DNA of 64,000 bases from a bacterium (GCA_963623095.1 CAVFKD010000002.1:8615-72614), one strand, 5' to 3'. Positions 1 to 11,060 are shown, numbered from the stretch's first letter. A program made the numbers and translations. Notes: a model not told the origin generated them from the letters alone.

Positions 1-2789
1 GAAGTTTCAACTTCCGCAACTTCTTCTGGTGTTCCTTTAGCGATTACTTGACCACCTTTTTCTCCACCTTCATAGCCCATATCTATTATATAGTCCGCAC
101 ATTTAATTACATCTAAATTATGTTCAATAATTAATACTGAATTACCTGTGGAAACTAATGTATATAATACATTTAATAATTTCTTTACATCATCGATATG
201 TAAACCAGTAGTTGGTTCATCAAGGATGTATAAAGTAGAACCTGTTGATTTACGTTGTAATTCATATGCAAGTTTTACTCTTTGTGCTTCTCCACCACTT
301 AATGTAGTAGATGATTGTCCTAGTTTAACATATCCTAAACCAACATCAACTAAAGTTTTTACTTTACGATAAATAGATGGGATATTTTCAAAGAAAGACA
401 TCGCTTCTTCACCAGTCATATCTAATACATCTGCGATTGATTTACCTTTATAAGTTATATTCAATGTATCTTGATTATAACGTTTACCATTACATTCATC
501 ACATGTGACATAAACATCAGGCATGAAGTTCATAGAAATTCTTTTCACTCCATCACCTTCACATTTTTCACATCTTCCACCTTTAACATTAAAGGAGAAT
601 CTTGATTTATCATATCCTTTACTTCTTGCATCAATTGTACTTGCGAATAAATCTCTTATATCATCAAATACACCAATGTATGTAGCAGGATTACTTCTTG
701 GGCTTCTACCAATAGGTTCTTGAGAAACATTAATAACTTTATCAATGTTTTCAATACCGCTAATAGATTTTACTTTACCTGGTTTTACTTTAGTTTTATT
801 TAATTTAACTTGTAATGTTTTATATAAAGTTTCATTGATTAAAGATGATTTACCACTTCCAGATACACCTGTTACACATACAAACATACCAAGAGGAATC
901 TCAACATCGACATTCTTTAAGTTATTAACTTCGGCGCCTTTAATTTTAATAAATTTCTTATTGCCCTTACCACGATAAAGATTATAAGGAATAAATTCAT
1001 CACCTTTTAAGTATCTACCAGTTATAGAAGAAGGATTATTCATTACTTCTTCTGGGCTACCTTGTGCGACTATTTCTCCCCCGTGGACTCCTGCGCCTGG
1101 ACCAATATCAACTAAATAATCCGCAGCAAGCATTGTATCTTCATCGTGTTCGACAACAATTAAGGTATTACCTAAATCTCTCATCGCTTTTAAAGTAGAA
1201 ATTAACTTATCATTATCTCTTTGATGTAAACCAATACTTGGTTCATCTAAAACATATAAAACACCAGTTAATCTTGAACCAATTTGAGTAGCAAGTCTAA
1301 TTCTTTGAGCTTCTCCTCCGCTTAAAGTCATTGCCATTCTAGATAATGTTAAATAATCAAGTCCAACATCAACTAAGAAAGAAACACGGTTATATATTTC
1401 TTTAATAACTAAATTACCAATATTATTTTGTTCAGGAGTTAAATGTGATGGTAATTCTTTCATAAAGTCACGTAATTTACCTAATGATAAATTACATAAT
1501 TCAAAAATATTTAAACCATTAATACGAACAGATAATACTTTTTCGTTTAATCTAGCGCCGTTACATTTATTACAAATAGAATCTTCCATGAATGTTTCAT
1601 AATATCCACGCATAAATTCTGAAGTAGTTGTTAAATACATTCGATCAACTCTATTTTTAACACCTTCAAATCCAATTCTAGATGTTTCATTTCCTGAGCT
1701 TGATTTTAATTTCATTTTGATAGGTTCAGGAGAACCAAATAAACATATCTTCTTTTGTGAATTTAATAAATTACGATATGGAATATCACGAGGAATACCA
1801 TAATAATCACAAGTATAAGCAAATTCTTGCCATTCAAGATTAAGAGTTCCTGCGAAATTCTTATAATAAGAAATAGCGCCTTGGTTAAGAGATAAATTTT
1901 CATCTTGAATTAATAAATCAGGATTACATTCTCTTTTAATACCAAGTCCATTACATTCAGGACATGCACCTAAAGGAGCGTTAAAAGAAAATAATCGAGG
2001 TTCTAATGGAGGAACGGAGAATCCGCAATACTTGCAAGATTGGTGTTCAGAGAATAATTCTTCTTTATCACCCATCTTAACTAAAACATATCCATCACCA
2101 ATATCTAAAGCTGTTTCTAAAGATTCAAATAATCTTTCATCACTATCTTCTTTTAAAGCAAGTCGATCAACAACAATATCAATAGTATGTCTTGCATTCT
2201 TTTCAAGTGGAGCTAATTCAGAGAATCTAACAATTTCACCTAAATCAATTCTTACTCTTTCAAATCCTCTTTTTTGGAATTTTTCAATTGTATCTTTATG
2301 AGTGCCTTTTTCATTGTTAACGATACGGGCAAAGATATATATTCTAGTACCAAGTTCATTCTTTTTAATGATATCAATCATTTGTTTAATGGTAAATTTA
2401 ACAATTGGTTCATTATGTGTAGGACAATATGCTACACCAACTCTAGAATATAATAATCTTAAATAATCATATATTTCAGTAACAGTACCTACAGTTGATC
2501 TAGGGTTATGTGAAGTAGTTTTTTGATCGATTGCGATTGCAGGAGATAATCCTTCAATTGAATCAACATCAGGTTTTTCAGAGTTACCTAAAAATTGTCT
2601 AGCATAACTAGATAATGATTCAATATATCTTCTTTGTCCTTCAGCGAAAATAGTATCAAACGCTAAAGTTGATTTACCACTTCCAGATACTCCAGTAAAA
2701 ACAACTAATTTATCTTTAGGAATGGTTAAATCAATATTCTTTAAATTATTTTCTCTTGCACCTTTAACTATAATTTGATCCTTAGCCAT
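1..2789 (-). CDS. uvrA: Excinuclease ABC subunit A (UvrA), N-terminal ~930 codons; 3' end lies beyond window start
   Basis: Not in ORF track because no stop lies inside the window. Own minus-strand translation from ATG 2789..2787: [68 protein letters not shown]... It has two GVSGSGKS Walker A motifs, two LSGGEAQR signatures and CxxC zinc modules. Confidence 0.93.
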   Translation of the reverse strand, partial: MAKDQIIVKGARENNLKNIDLTIPKDKLVVFTGVSGSGKSTLAFDTIFAEGQRRYIESLSSYARQFLGNSEKPDVDSIEGLSPAIAIDQKTTSHNPRSTVGTVTEIYDYLRLLYSRVGVAYCPTHNEPIVKFTIKQMIDIIKKNELGTRIYIFARIVNNEKGTHKDTIEKFQKRGFERVRIDLGEIVRFSELAPLEKNARHTIDIVVDRLALKEDSDERLFESLETALDIGDGYVLVKMGDKEELFSEHQSCKYCGFSVPPLEPRLFSFNAPLGACPECNGLGIKRECNPDLLIQDENLSLNQGAISYYKNFAGTLNLEWQEFAYTCDYYGIPRDIPYRNLLNSQKKICLFGSPEPIKMKLKSSSGNETSRIGFEGVKNRVDRMYLTTTSEFMRGYYETFMEDSICNKCNGARLNEKVLSVRINGLNIFELCNLSLGKLRDFMKELPSHLTPEQNNIGNLVIKEIYNRVSFLVDVGLDYLTLSRMAMTLSGGEAQRIRLATQIGSRLTGVLYVLDEPSIGLHQRDNDKLISTLKAMRDLGNTLIVVEHDEDTMLAADYLVDIGPGAGVHGGEIVAQGSPEEVMNNPSSITGRYLKGDEFIPYNLYRGKGNKKFIKIKGAEVNNLKNVDVEIPLGMFVCVTGVSGSGKSSLINETLYKTLQVKLNKTKVKPGKVKSISGIENIDKVINVSQEPIGRSPRSNPATYIGVFDDIRDLFASTIDARSKGYDKSRFSFNVKGGRCEKCEGDGVKRISMNFMPDVYVTCDECNGKRYNQDTLNITYKGKSIADVLDMTGEEAMSFFENIPSIYRKVKTLVDVGLGYVKLGQSSTTLSGGEAQRVKLAYELQRKSTGSTLYILDEPTTGLHIDDVKKLLNVLYTLVSTGNSVLIIEHNLDVIKCADYIIDMGYEGGEKGGQVIAKGTPEEVAEVET

Positions 2790-2791
2790 AA

Positions 2792-3343
2792 TTAATTCTC
2801 TTTTCCGTATTTATCGATTCTTTCTTCATCACATACTTTTATCGCATTATCTAAATATTTATAACCTGTTTTTTTATCAATGAATTCACCAGCAATATAA
2901 TAAGCAATTACGATAATAAAAATAATCCAACTAGGATGCCATAAAGATTTAAACATACCTAAGCATGAATAAATAAAAGCTCCTAATGCAGCCATATTAA
3001 ATTTAACTACTTGTCTTTTATAAATTACTTCCACTAAAGAAGTAGCGACAGGTACTAAAATAAAAAGCATCCAAAAATGAGCGAACCCATAAGAATTTTC
3101 ATTTAAAACAAATCCTAAGATTAAATAGGCAACTAAACTAACACCTAAAGCAATTAATCCAACAAGTAGCATTAAATCTCTACATTCAGTAATATTCTTA
3201 GTTACTTCTTTTTTAGAAAATTGATAATAGGATGATTTATTTTTAATTAATATTTCATCATCTACAACAGATATATCTTTCTTTTTAAAATCATGAATAG
3301 AAGAAACTTCTCCTTCATAGATAGGACTTTTAATTTTATTCAT
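2792..3343 (-). CDS. Hypothetical polytopic membrane protein (about 183 aa) directly upstream of uvrA
   Basis: ORF track gives 2792..3391 with a TTG start. Its first 16 codons overlap a terminator hairpin, so the ATG at 3343 (MNKIKSPIYEG...) with a GGTGAT SD-like upstream is preferred. Several hydrophobic helices. Stop lies 2 nt before the uvrA ATG. Confidence 0.55.
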   Translation of the reverse strand: MNKIKSPIYEGEVSSIHDFKKKDISVVDDEILIKNKSSYYQFSKKEVTKNITECRDLMLLVGLIALGVSLVAYLILGFVLNENSYGFAHFWMLFILVPVATSLVEVIYKRQVVKFNMAALGAFIYSCLGMFKSLWHPSWIIFIIVIAYYIAGEFIDKKTGYKYLDNAIKVCDEERIDKYGKEN

Positions 3344-3375
3344 ATTTATCACCACAAAAATAATAACACAACCAA

Positions 3376-3408
3376 GAAAAAAAGCCCACAATATAATTAT
3401 TGTGAGCT
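3376..3408 (-). terminator. Rho-independent terminator closing the ABC/nuclease operon
   Basis: Minus strand reads AGCTCACAAT-AATTAT-ATTGTGGGCT followed by TTTTTTT. Confidence 0.7.
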
Positions 3409-3443
3409 TAAAATAAATATTATTTTTAAATCAATTAAATTAA

Positions 3444-5306
3444 TTAAGCTACATCATCTGCAACTAAATAAATTGTGATTGAATATAATGAATTGTTATA
3501 ATTTGATTCATTTGCAAGTAAAGCTGTTTGAGAATTAAATTTCCATGAAGCAACTTTAGATTTATTATTAGAAGTTGAATCTTCCTTAGTATATGAAACT
3601 TTATTATTTGCATCAATTTCATCACCAGTATAGCCAGTTAAGTTATAATAGCTATAGTGATCAACAACTACTTTATATACTTTATATCCAGTAGGAGCAG
3701 TAATTAAGATTTTACCACCTTCACTATTTTTGTTATTTACTGCAAATTCTTTTTTGCTTTCTTGTAATTGGCATCCTGTCAATGCGACTGTTGCATTAAC
3801 TTTATTTTCTCCAAAAGCACATTCAACGTTAAATGCACCTACAGTACCAGTAGTTCCAGTTAAACCAGCAGCCTTCATATCAGTATAATCTAATGCTTTA
3901 GATGCATATGTATCAAATATTTGTTCTGTATTAATTGTTAAAGTTAAAGTATCAGTAGCTTCACCTTTTTTAATTGTAACAGTAACAGTATTACTACCTT
4001 CACCAGTTTTGACAGGAGTAATAGTTAATTTTGTACCTTCTACTTTTGCTGTTGTACCTGATGTAAGGGCGACTTCTACTGTTGCATTACCGATCTTATA
4101 ATCAGCGAAATCAATAGTAGTTGCTTTATTATAAGTTTTTGTTAATGATGAACCGAAATCAGCGCTAATCTTATCTTTGATAACACTGACATATGTAGCA
4201 TCAGTAATTGCATCACCATTAAGTGAAATAACACCTGGATTACTTTCGATACCATAGAATGTATAAATACCATTATAAACAGTTGTTACACCTGTATAAT
4301 CAAATGTTCTACCAGCAGCTTTCGCTAATGAATAATTATCAATAAATGTAGAATAATTGCTTAAATATGATGTTTTATTGAAAATATAATATTCAGTTGT
4401 TCCACCATCAACTGTGAAATAATAATAACCATTTTCAGTATCAACTTTTGTAGGTGTACAATTCTTTAATGTAACATATCTGTTTTGATATTTTGAACCA
4501 AGTGTTTCATCATTAATTGAGTTTGCAGCTGCTGCTTTGAAATCTGCAGTTGCATCAGTTGGAGTTACTGTTGCGCCAGAAGAAACGACTGCATATGATC
4601 CACCGGATTTAAATTCTTCTTGTTTAGAATAGTCACTTCTTGTACCTGTATAGATAATTGTATCGCCAACTTTAGCTTTTGCACCATTTTTTGCTCTATA
4701 ACCATAATAACCATGTTCAGCACTTTCGAAAACGATAGAGCCTTCACTCTTATTAACCGCAGTAACAACACCTTTAATGTTAATTGGAGTTTTACTATCA
4801 CTTGCGAGTTTTTTCCAAGCGTCATAATCACCAAGAACTAAAACATCTACTTTAACGTTAATTCCTTCATGTTTTGTAACTTCGTTAAATTTCTTAGTTG
4901 TACCATTTAGTGTAAATGTAGGAACAAGTTTTGCAACAATTTGTTCTTTTACTTTACCATCGTAATAACCTGTAACGACAGTTTTTGATTTTGCATCTTT
5001 ATCAACAATTTTTAAGACATCTTTAGTTCCAGAAGTTTGTTCAATTGTCCAAGAAACGTTAACATCATAATTGCCGATTGCGACTGATGTAACAACATCG
5101 AAATCACCTGAAATAGATGTGTCATCTTTTGATTTATATAATGCCCAAACATAGTCTGCAGCATCAGTGATAGCTTGTAATGTTGTTTCTTCGGAAGTTT
5201 TTTCACTAACAGGAGCTGTTGAACTTGAAGTAGTTCCAGCACATGCAGCTGCACCAAAAGTGAAAATAAATGCAGAAGATAATACTAATAATTTTTTTAA
5301 TTTCAT
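3444..5306 (-). CDS. Surface lipoprotein, 620 aa, unknown function (OB-fold-like central segment)
   Basis: Signal peptide plus lipobox (FTFGAAAC). Thr/Ser/Lys-rich beta-type sequence. The segment INIKGVVTAVNKSEGSIVFESAEHGYYGYR...GDTIIYTG weakly resembles the OB folds of extracellular nucleases. Confidence 0.6.
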   Translation of the reverse strand: MKLKKLLVLSSAFIFTFGAAACAGTTSSSTAPVSEKTSEETTLQAITDAADYVWALYKSKDDTSISGDFDVVTSVAIGNYDVNVSWTIEQTSGTKDVLKIVDKDAKSKTVVTGYYDGKVKEQIVAKLVPTFTLNGTTKKFNEVTKHEGINVKVDVLVLGDYDAWKKLASDSKTPINIKGVVTAVNKSEGSIVFESAEHGYYGYRAKNGAKAKVGDTIIYTGTRSDYSKQEEFKSGGSYAVVSSGATVTPTDATADFKAAAANSINDETLGSKYQNRYVTLKNCTPTKVDTENGYYYFTVDGGTTEYYIFNKTSYLSNYSTFIDNYSLAKAAGRTFDYTGVTTVYNGIYTFYGIESNPGVISLNGDAITDATYVSVIKDKISADFGSSLTKTYNKATTIDFADYKIGNATVEVALTSGTTAKVEGTKLTITPVKTGEGSNTVTVTIKKGEATDTLTLTINTEQIFDTYASKALDYTDMKAAGLTGTTGTVGAFNVECAFGENKVNATVALTGCQLQESKKEFAVNNKNSEGGKILITAPTGYKVYKVVVDHYSYYNLTGYTGDEIDANNKVSYTKEDSTSNNKSKVASWKFNSQTALLANESNYNNSLYSITIYLVADDVA

Positions 5307-5327
5307 TTTAACTTTTCCCCTTTTTTA

Positions 5328-7127
5328 TTAATTTTTAAATGTGAAATTTTTGTAAGATACGACTCTTAATTGGTAACTGCCATCATAAGAATCAACAATG
5401 CCTGTAGCGTCAAATGTCTTGTTAACAAATGCATCTTCAGTTACTGTTTGACCATTGTTTTTTAAAACCCCAGTTCTAATTGTAAATGTTTTGCCACTAG
5501 AATCAGTACATGTAAGAGATAAAGCGCCTGCAGATGTTCCATCTTTTGTTGTGTAAGCTCTTGTACAAGTTACATTTTTCATTGTTGCGTATGAACTTGT
5601 AATAGCTGCCATATATGAAACATCGTTATAAGTTTCACTTGCACTAGTATTTGATAAATCATCACCAGTAAGTGTAATAGGACTATATGAACAATTTTCT
5701 TCAACTAAACGAGTATTCTTTTCATATTCAGGATCCATTGCCATATATGATAAGCCAGAAACTTGATATGTACCTGCAGTTTCGTATTTTTGGAATGTAC
5801 CACAGAATGATAACTTATTCCCAAGAACTACCATACTTGTGCCTTTAAATGAATATCCTAAGTATACTGTCATACCCCAAGAAGTTGCACTTTCTTCATC
5901 ATAATCTTGTACATAAATTGTTTCAGCATCAATTGTTGTTATGATACCTTCGAAACGAACTGTTTTACCAAGATAATCAGCTTCTGAGTCTTCTTTTAAA
6001 GATGTTCTTAATTCTTTAATAGTTACGCTTAAGAAATCACCATAATAGAAGTTCTTATCTCTATACATATAATTTAAATTATTAGATGAATCGATTGTAA
6101 CGTATTGGTTTTCACCAGTTTCAGTTTCTCTATAAATATTGAAATAACCAGTCTTAGTAGAATCTTTAGCGACTTTAAATGCTTCAGCTTTTTCTATATC
6201 AGTAGTTACATCACCTGCGTTATTATTTAATTCACCAGTATAGAAATAAACTTTTCCATCAATTTCCATACCTAAGTTATAAGTATAATTATCACTATAA
6301 TGATCAGTAATATCTGCTTGTGCAGTTACTTTTTCACCTTTGTAATAAAGATTGACTTTATTAATTTCATCAGTAGTATCTGCTTTTGTATAAGAGATAA
6401 TTGATGAACTATTATAGTTACCTAAAACATTATTTTTGGAATCAACTAATTGTTTTGAAGAAATTCTCCAGTTGTCTGCAGCTTTAGAGAAAACATATAA
6501 TTCATGTTCATTAGCTTGAGAATATGCTTTTTGCATGACATCTGCATAACAAGTTGATCCAATTGATTTAGCATTAGCTAAACCTGATTGTAATAACTCT
6601 AAATTTAGATTCTTATATTCAGTAGCGCCTTTAGCTTTGTACCAAACAAAGCATAAGAATCTAGAACCTGTGGAATCTACATTCCAGTTGCTATCATTTG
6701 ATTCAACAATGACAGATTCACAATTTGATAATCTTTCTTTGTTAAATAAAGAAGCTGTTTTACCCCATTCTTGGATTTGACCTGTAGATTCTGGAGTATC
6801 AATACCTAAATATCTAACTTTTAAAATTCCATCTTCATAAGTGGAACTTGTTGAAGGGAATTCAGACTTTTTATCACTAGAAATAGTGAAATGGGAAGTA
6901 TCACCATCAATTAAAGATTTAATTTGTGATGATGATAATTCCATATATTTTCTACCTGAATTAGCATCAAATTTTAATTGTGATGCATAATCAATAAATT
7001 CAGATAGTTCTTTTTCTGCGTATGCAGTTGTTTTCTTGCCGTTATCTCCGCAGGAAACTACGGATGTTGCGCCAAGAATAACAAGTAAAGAAGTTAAACT
7101 TACTGTTAATAATTTTTTAATCTTCAT
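5328..7127 (-). CDS. Lipoprotein with N-terminal staphylococcal/thermonuclease (SNase) domain and C-terminal OB-fold-like region
   Basis: Lipobox ATSVVSCG. SNase motifs are LIDGDTSHFT, VRYLGIDTPES and LELLQSGLANA. C-terminal segment GKTVRFEGIITTIDAETIYVQDYD is OB-like. Confidence 0.8.
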   Translation of the reverse strand: MKIKKLLTVSLTSLLVILGATSVVSCGDNGKKTTAYAEKELSEFIDYASQLKFDANSGRKYMELSSSQIKSLIDGDTSHFTISSDKKSEFPSTSSTYEDGILKVRYLGIDTPESTGQIQEWGKTASLFNKERLSNCESVIVESNDSNWNVDSTGSRFLCFVWYKAKGATEYKNLNLELLQSGLANAKSIGSTCYADVMQKAYSQANEHELYVFSKAADNWRISSKQLVDSKNNVLGNYNSSSIISYTKADTTDEINKVNLYYKGEKVTAQADITDHYSDNYTYNLGMEIDGKVYFYTGELNNNAGDVTTDIEKAEAFKVAKDSTKTGYFNIYRETETGENQYVTIDSSNNLNYMYRDKNFYYGDFLSVTIKELRTSLKEDSEADYLGKTVRFEGIITTIDAETIYVQDYDEESATSWGMTVYLGYSFKGTSMVVLGNKLSFCGTFQKYETAGTYQVSGLSYMAMDPEYEKNTRLVEENCSYSPITLTGDDLSNTSASETYNDVSYMAAITSSYATMKNVTCTRAYTTKDGTSAGALSLTCTDSSGKTFTIRTGVLKNNGQTVTEDAFVNKTFDATGIVDSYDGSYQLRVVSYKNFTFKN

Positions 7128-7145
7128 AGTTTATCTTCCTTTCTA

Positions 7146-8513
7146 TTAATAGCTTTCGCATTTTGCTAATGCATCTGCGAATGCTGTGTTAATATCGGAT
7201 TTACCTTGTAATACTGCAGTAACTAAGTTACCAACTTCAGTACGTGCATTAGTAGATCCTGGGAATGCTGCATTAGTAAATGCTGCATCCATATTGTCAG
7301 AACAAATCTTAATAGCTTTAGCTTGAAGATCTGCTCCACTATTTAAGAATTTTTTGTATGTTTCATTTTCATATACAGAATTAATGACAGGTTGATAACC
7401 AGAAGTCATTGAGAATTGTGCTTGGAATTGAACATTAGTTGTAAAATATTTTACAAATAACCAAGAAGCCATAACTTTTTGAGGATCTTTATTATTGAAA
7501 ATACATACATCTGGTCCTTGTTGAATAACTTTTTTGTTATTCGCATCATGTTGAGGGATTGTAGCAATCTCACAAGTAAAATCATTTGAGTTTTGATATG
7601 AAGCACCTGCAGATGAACCTATACACATAAAGCATCTTTTACTATCAGTACTTGTAAATAATCCTGATGTGTATGAACCATAAAGATCTTTTGTAGTAAT
7701 CCAGCCATTTTCATACCAAACTTTAATTTTTTCCATGAAAGCTTTAGCTTGTTCGTTATTGAATAAATAATTGTTATTCGCACCAGATTGAGTATATGGA
7801 ATACCTAATTGTTCACACCATGTGATAAATAAGTTACTACCTGAATCATATCCAAGTGGAATTGAATCAGGATATTCCTTTTTTAATTTTTCACATACAT
7901 ATTCCATTGATGTTGTATCATTATCACTTGTTTTATACCAATGAGTAGGGACGCTAAGTCCTAATTTATCAAATACAGTTTTATTATAATACATTACTTC
8001 AGAAGATTTAGAGAATGGTAAGCAATACATCTTACCATCTCCAAATGTTTTTCCTTCATCATAGAACGCTGTAACAAAATCTTTATATTCTGTTTTTGAA
8101 AATCCATATGTATCATCATCAATTAAGTTGTCTAAACAAATAACTGATTTTGAAGTGTTATAAGTAGCGACATGGTCTGGATAGCAATAAGTAACATTAA
8201 CTTCTGATTTTCCAGAAGCGATTTCTGTACTCATTTGGTCTCTAACATCATCATAACCACCGATAAATTGTGTTTCAACATGAATATTTGGATATATTTC
8301 ATTGAATTTATCTAAATATCTATTAAATACATCTTGTAAACTTTGGCCCATTGTTGAATAGAATTTAATGGTGACTTCATTATCTTCATTAAATCCTTCT
8401 GTTGGAACTACAAAGTTTGGATCGAATGTTGAAGATCCGCAAGAAGAAAATGCACCTAACATTGATACACAAAATAAGCCTGCAGATATCAATTTTAATT
8501 TCTTATTTTTCAT
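7146..8513 (-). CDS. ABC transporter substrate-binding lipoprotein (carbohydrate/UgpB-type, family 1), paralog A
   Basis: Lipobox AFSSCG. Shows long blocks of identity to the upstream paralog, for example YPNIHVE, GGYDDVRD, CYPDHVA, RCFMCIGSSAGASYQ and FVKYFTTNVQFQA. Confidence 0.8.
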   Translation of the reverse strand: MKNKKLKLISAGLFCVSMLGAFSSCGSSTFDPNFVVPTEGFNEDNEVTIKFYSTMGQSLQDVFNRYLDKFNEIYPNIHVETQFIGGYDDVRDQMSTEIASGKSEVNVTYCYPDHVATYNTSKSVICLDNLIDDDTYGFSKTEYKDFVTAFYDEGKTFGDGKMYCLPFSKSSEVMYYNKTVFDKLGLSVPTHWYKTSDNDTTSMEYVCEKLKKEYPDSIPLGYDSGSNLFITWCEQLGIPYTQSGANNNYLFNNEQAKAFMEKIKVWYENGWITTKDLYGSYTSGLFTSTDSKRCFMCIGSSAGASYQNSNDFTCEIATIPQHDANNKKVIQQGPDVCIFNNKDPQKVMASWLFVKYFTTNVQFQAQFSMTSGYQPVINSVYENETYKKFLNSGADLQAKAIKICSDNMDAAFTNAAFPGSTNARTEVGNLVTAVLQGKSDINTAFADALAKCESY

Positions 8514-8531
8514 AAATTACCTTTCTAGATA

Positions 8532-10007
8532 TTAAATAGAAGCATTACATTTGTCAATTGCATCTTTAAATGCTGTATTTATATCTGATTTTCCTTGGAA
8601 TACTTGAGTTAATAAGTTGCCAACTTGAGAACGTGCTTCTGATGAACCAATGAATGCTGGTGAAGTATAATAATAATCAGATTGGTCTAAACATAATTTA
8701 GCAGCTTGAGCTGTAACTCTTTCTTTTAAATCTGAAGCTGTATTATCAGCTTTTGCTAAATGTGCTTTATATGTTTCATTGTCATTAACTGATTTAATTA
8801 CTGGAACATAACCAGATTGAATTCCCCATTCAGCTTGGAATTGTACGTTAGTTGTGAAATATTTCATAAATAACCATGAAGCAATAATCTTTTGATCATC
8901 ACCATGATTTAAGATTGTTAATGATGGTCCTTGTGAAATAACTTTTTTATTTTTTTCATCTGCTTGTGGAATAGCAGCTACTTTAACATCAAATGGATAT
9001 GCATCTTCAACTTTTGAAGGAACTTGATATGAAGCACCTGCAGAAGAACCAATACACATAAAGCAACGTGTTGTAGTTGTTGATGTGAATAAGCCTGATG
9101 TATAAGAACCATATAATTCTTGTGTAGTTGCATAACCTGTATCAATGAACTTTGTTTTAATATCTTCAACAAACTTTCTGTTTGTTTCGTTATTAAATAA
9201 GAAATGATCACTACCAGTTGCGGATGTATATGGTGAGCCTAATTGTTCACACATTGTAATAAACCAGTTAGAAGATGAGTCATAGCCTAAAGGTTTTGAA
9301 TCTGGATATTTTGCTTTTAATGCTTTACATACATATTCTAATGATGTTTTATCATCATCAACATTTGTTGTAGTTGCAAACCAGTGAGTAGGAACTGATA
9401 AATGTTCTTCTTCGAATACAGTTGCATTGTAATACATGATTTCTGTAGATTTTGAGAATGGTAAAGTATACATTAAACCATCACCGAATGATTTACCTTC
9501 GTTATAGAAAGAAGTAACATAGTCATTCTTTTGTGCTCTAGTTAAACCTAAAGTTTCACCATTTTCTAATGTATCTGCTTCTGAGTCATCATAAATTAAG
9601 TTATCTAATGTAACAACTGATTTTGTTTTGTTGTATAAAGCAACATGGTCAGGATAGCAATATGCAATATCTGGTCCACCACGTGAAGATAATTCAGTTG
9701 TGATTTTATCTCTGACATCATCATATCCACCGTCTGCAGTATGTTCTACATGAATATTTGGATATTTTTCTTGGAATTTTTCGATATATGTATCGAATGT
9801 TGCTTTTAAAGCTGTACCTTGTGTTGAATAGAATTTGATTGTTACATCTTTTGTTTCATCAAATCCACCTTCAGGAATTTGCCATGCAGCTTCGTATGTG
9901 TTTTTTTCTCCACCTTCATCAGTAGAAGAAGTAGATCCGCCGCAAGCAACTGTTGATGCTGTTAATAATAACGCTGCACCAATGACTAATAATTTGTTTG
10001 TTTTCAT
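8532..10007 (-). CDS. ABC transporter substrate-binding lipoprotein (family 1), paralog B
   Basis: Lipobox STVACGG. Same conserved blocks as 7146..8513. Confidence 0.8.
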   Translation of the reverse strand: MKTNKLLVIGAALLLTASTVACGGSTSSTDEGGEKNTYEAAWQIPEGGFDETKDVTIKFYSTQGTALKATFDTYIEKFQEKYPNIHVEHTADGGYDDVRDKITTELSSRGGPDIAYCYPDHVALYNKTKSVVTLDNLIYDDSEADTLENGETLGLTRAQKNDYVTSFYNEGKSFGDGLMYTLPFSKSTEIMYYNATVFEEEHLSVPTHWFATTTNVDDDKTSLEYVCKALKAKYPDSKPLGYDSSSNWFITMCEQLGSPYTSATGSDHFLFNNETNRKFVEDIKTKFIDTGYATTQELYGSYTSGLFTSTTTTRCFMCIGSSAGASYQVPSKVEDAYPFDVKVAAIPQADEKNKKVISQGPSLTILNHGDDQKIIASWLFMKYFTTNVQFQAEWGIQSGYVPVIKSVNDNETYKAHLAKADNTASDLKERVTAQAAKLCLDQSDYYYTSPAFIGSSEARSQVGNLLTQVFQGKSDINTAFKDAIDKCNASI

Positions 10008-10051
10008 TTTTTTCTTTCCCCTTTTTAATTTTTTAAAATTTGAATAAAAAC

Positions 10052-11047
10052 TTAACCCTTAATACCACTACGTGATACGCCTTTCATAATGTACTTACGT
10101 AAACAAATAAATACAATGAATAATGGAATAGATACTAAGACAACTGCAGCCATTTGAGCTGGGTAGTCGACCTTAGTGTTTGTTGCATCGGTATAGAAAC
10201 CGGCACCTCTAAGACCATTAGTAATTAATTTATGTGTATCGTCAGAAGTGACTAATCGAGGCCAAATGTAGGAGTTCCAAGCACCCATCATCTTTAAAAT
10301 CGTAATTGAGATTAAAGATGGCATTGCAAGTGGAACCATAACTTTAATTAAATATTCGAAGTCTGATTTACCATCAACTTTTGCTGCAAGATATAATTCA
10401 TTAGGAATTTGCTTGAAGTTTTGTCTTAATAAATAGATATAGAATACCGAGACTAAGAATGGAACAATTAAAGCTGCGAATGTATTCTTCCAGTTTAAGA
10501 TATTAACAACTGTAGAATAGTTAGTAATTGTAAATAATTCACCAGGAATCATCATTGTTGCAAGTAAGAATGCAAACATTGAATCTCTTCCTTTGAATTC
10601 AAGTCTAGCGAATGCAAATGCAGATAAGACTGTAATAACTAATGATAATAATGTAGAAACAATACCTACATATACTGTATTTAAGAATAATGTTCCTAAA
10701 TTTGCAGCACTATAAGCGTTTGCGTAGTTTGACCATTTAATTGTTTGAGGCCAGAATGAAGGATTTGACCATTCATATTCTTCCCAAGTTTTAAGTGATG
10801 AAATAATCATCCAATAGAATGGGAATATAACGATAACCGCTAAAGCAATTAAGAATGCATAAGTAACAATATTAACAATTATTTTTGTAATCTTTGCATT
10901 ACGTTCAACTTTTTTTGCATCATATGTTGCTGCGTTTTTCTTTAAAGCTTCAGCAAGTGAGTTATTTGCGTTTGTTAATGCGCTATATTCGTTATTAGAA
11001 GGAGTTTCATTTTCTACTTCAGAAATATTATTTTCTTTTTCTTCCAT
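10052..11047 (-). CDS. ABC transporter permease (MalG/UgpE-type)
   Basis: ORF track gives 10052..11110. The start is moved to ATG 11047 (MEEKENN...), which is preceded by AGGAAGGAG. The longer form overlaps the upstream permease. Contains the EAA-like loop AAKVDGKSDFEYLIKVMVPLAMP. Confidence 0.85.
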   Translation of the reverse strand: MEEKENNISEVENETPSNNEYSALTNANNSLAEALKKNAATYDAKKVERNAKITKIIVNIVTYAFLIALAVIVIFPFYWMIISSLKTWEEYEWSNPSFWPQTIKWSNYANAYSAANLGTLFLNTVYVGIVSTLLSLVITVLSAFAFARLEFKGRDSMFAFLLATMMIPGELFTITNYSTVVNILNWKNTFAALIVPFLVSVFYIYLLRQNFKQIPNELYLAAKVDGKSDFEYLIKVMVPLAMPSLISITILKMMGAWNSYIWPRLVTSDDTHKLITNGLRGAGFYTDATNTKVDYPAQMAAVVLVSIPLFIVFICLRKYIMKGVSRSGIKG

Positions 11048-11060
11048 ATATTTCTCCTTC

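Noticed and set aside
4565-5257. Minus-strand ORFs nested out of frame inside larger genes: 4565..4834, 5012..5257, 8978..9211, 13518..13706, 24100..24303 and 40631..40864.
   Set aside because: They overlap the convincing longer ORF in another frame. Their composition is Gln/Leu/Lys-rich and nonsensical, and they have no independent translation signals.
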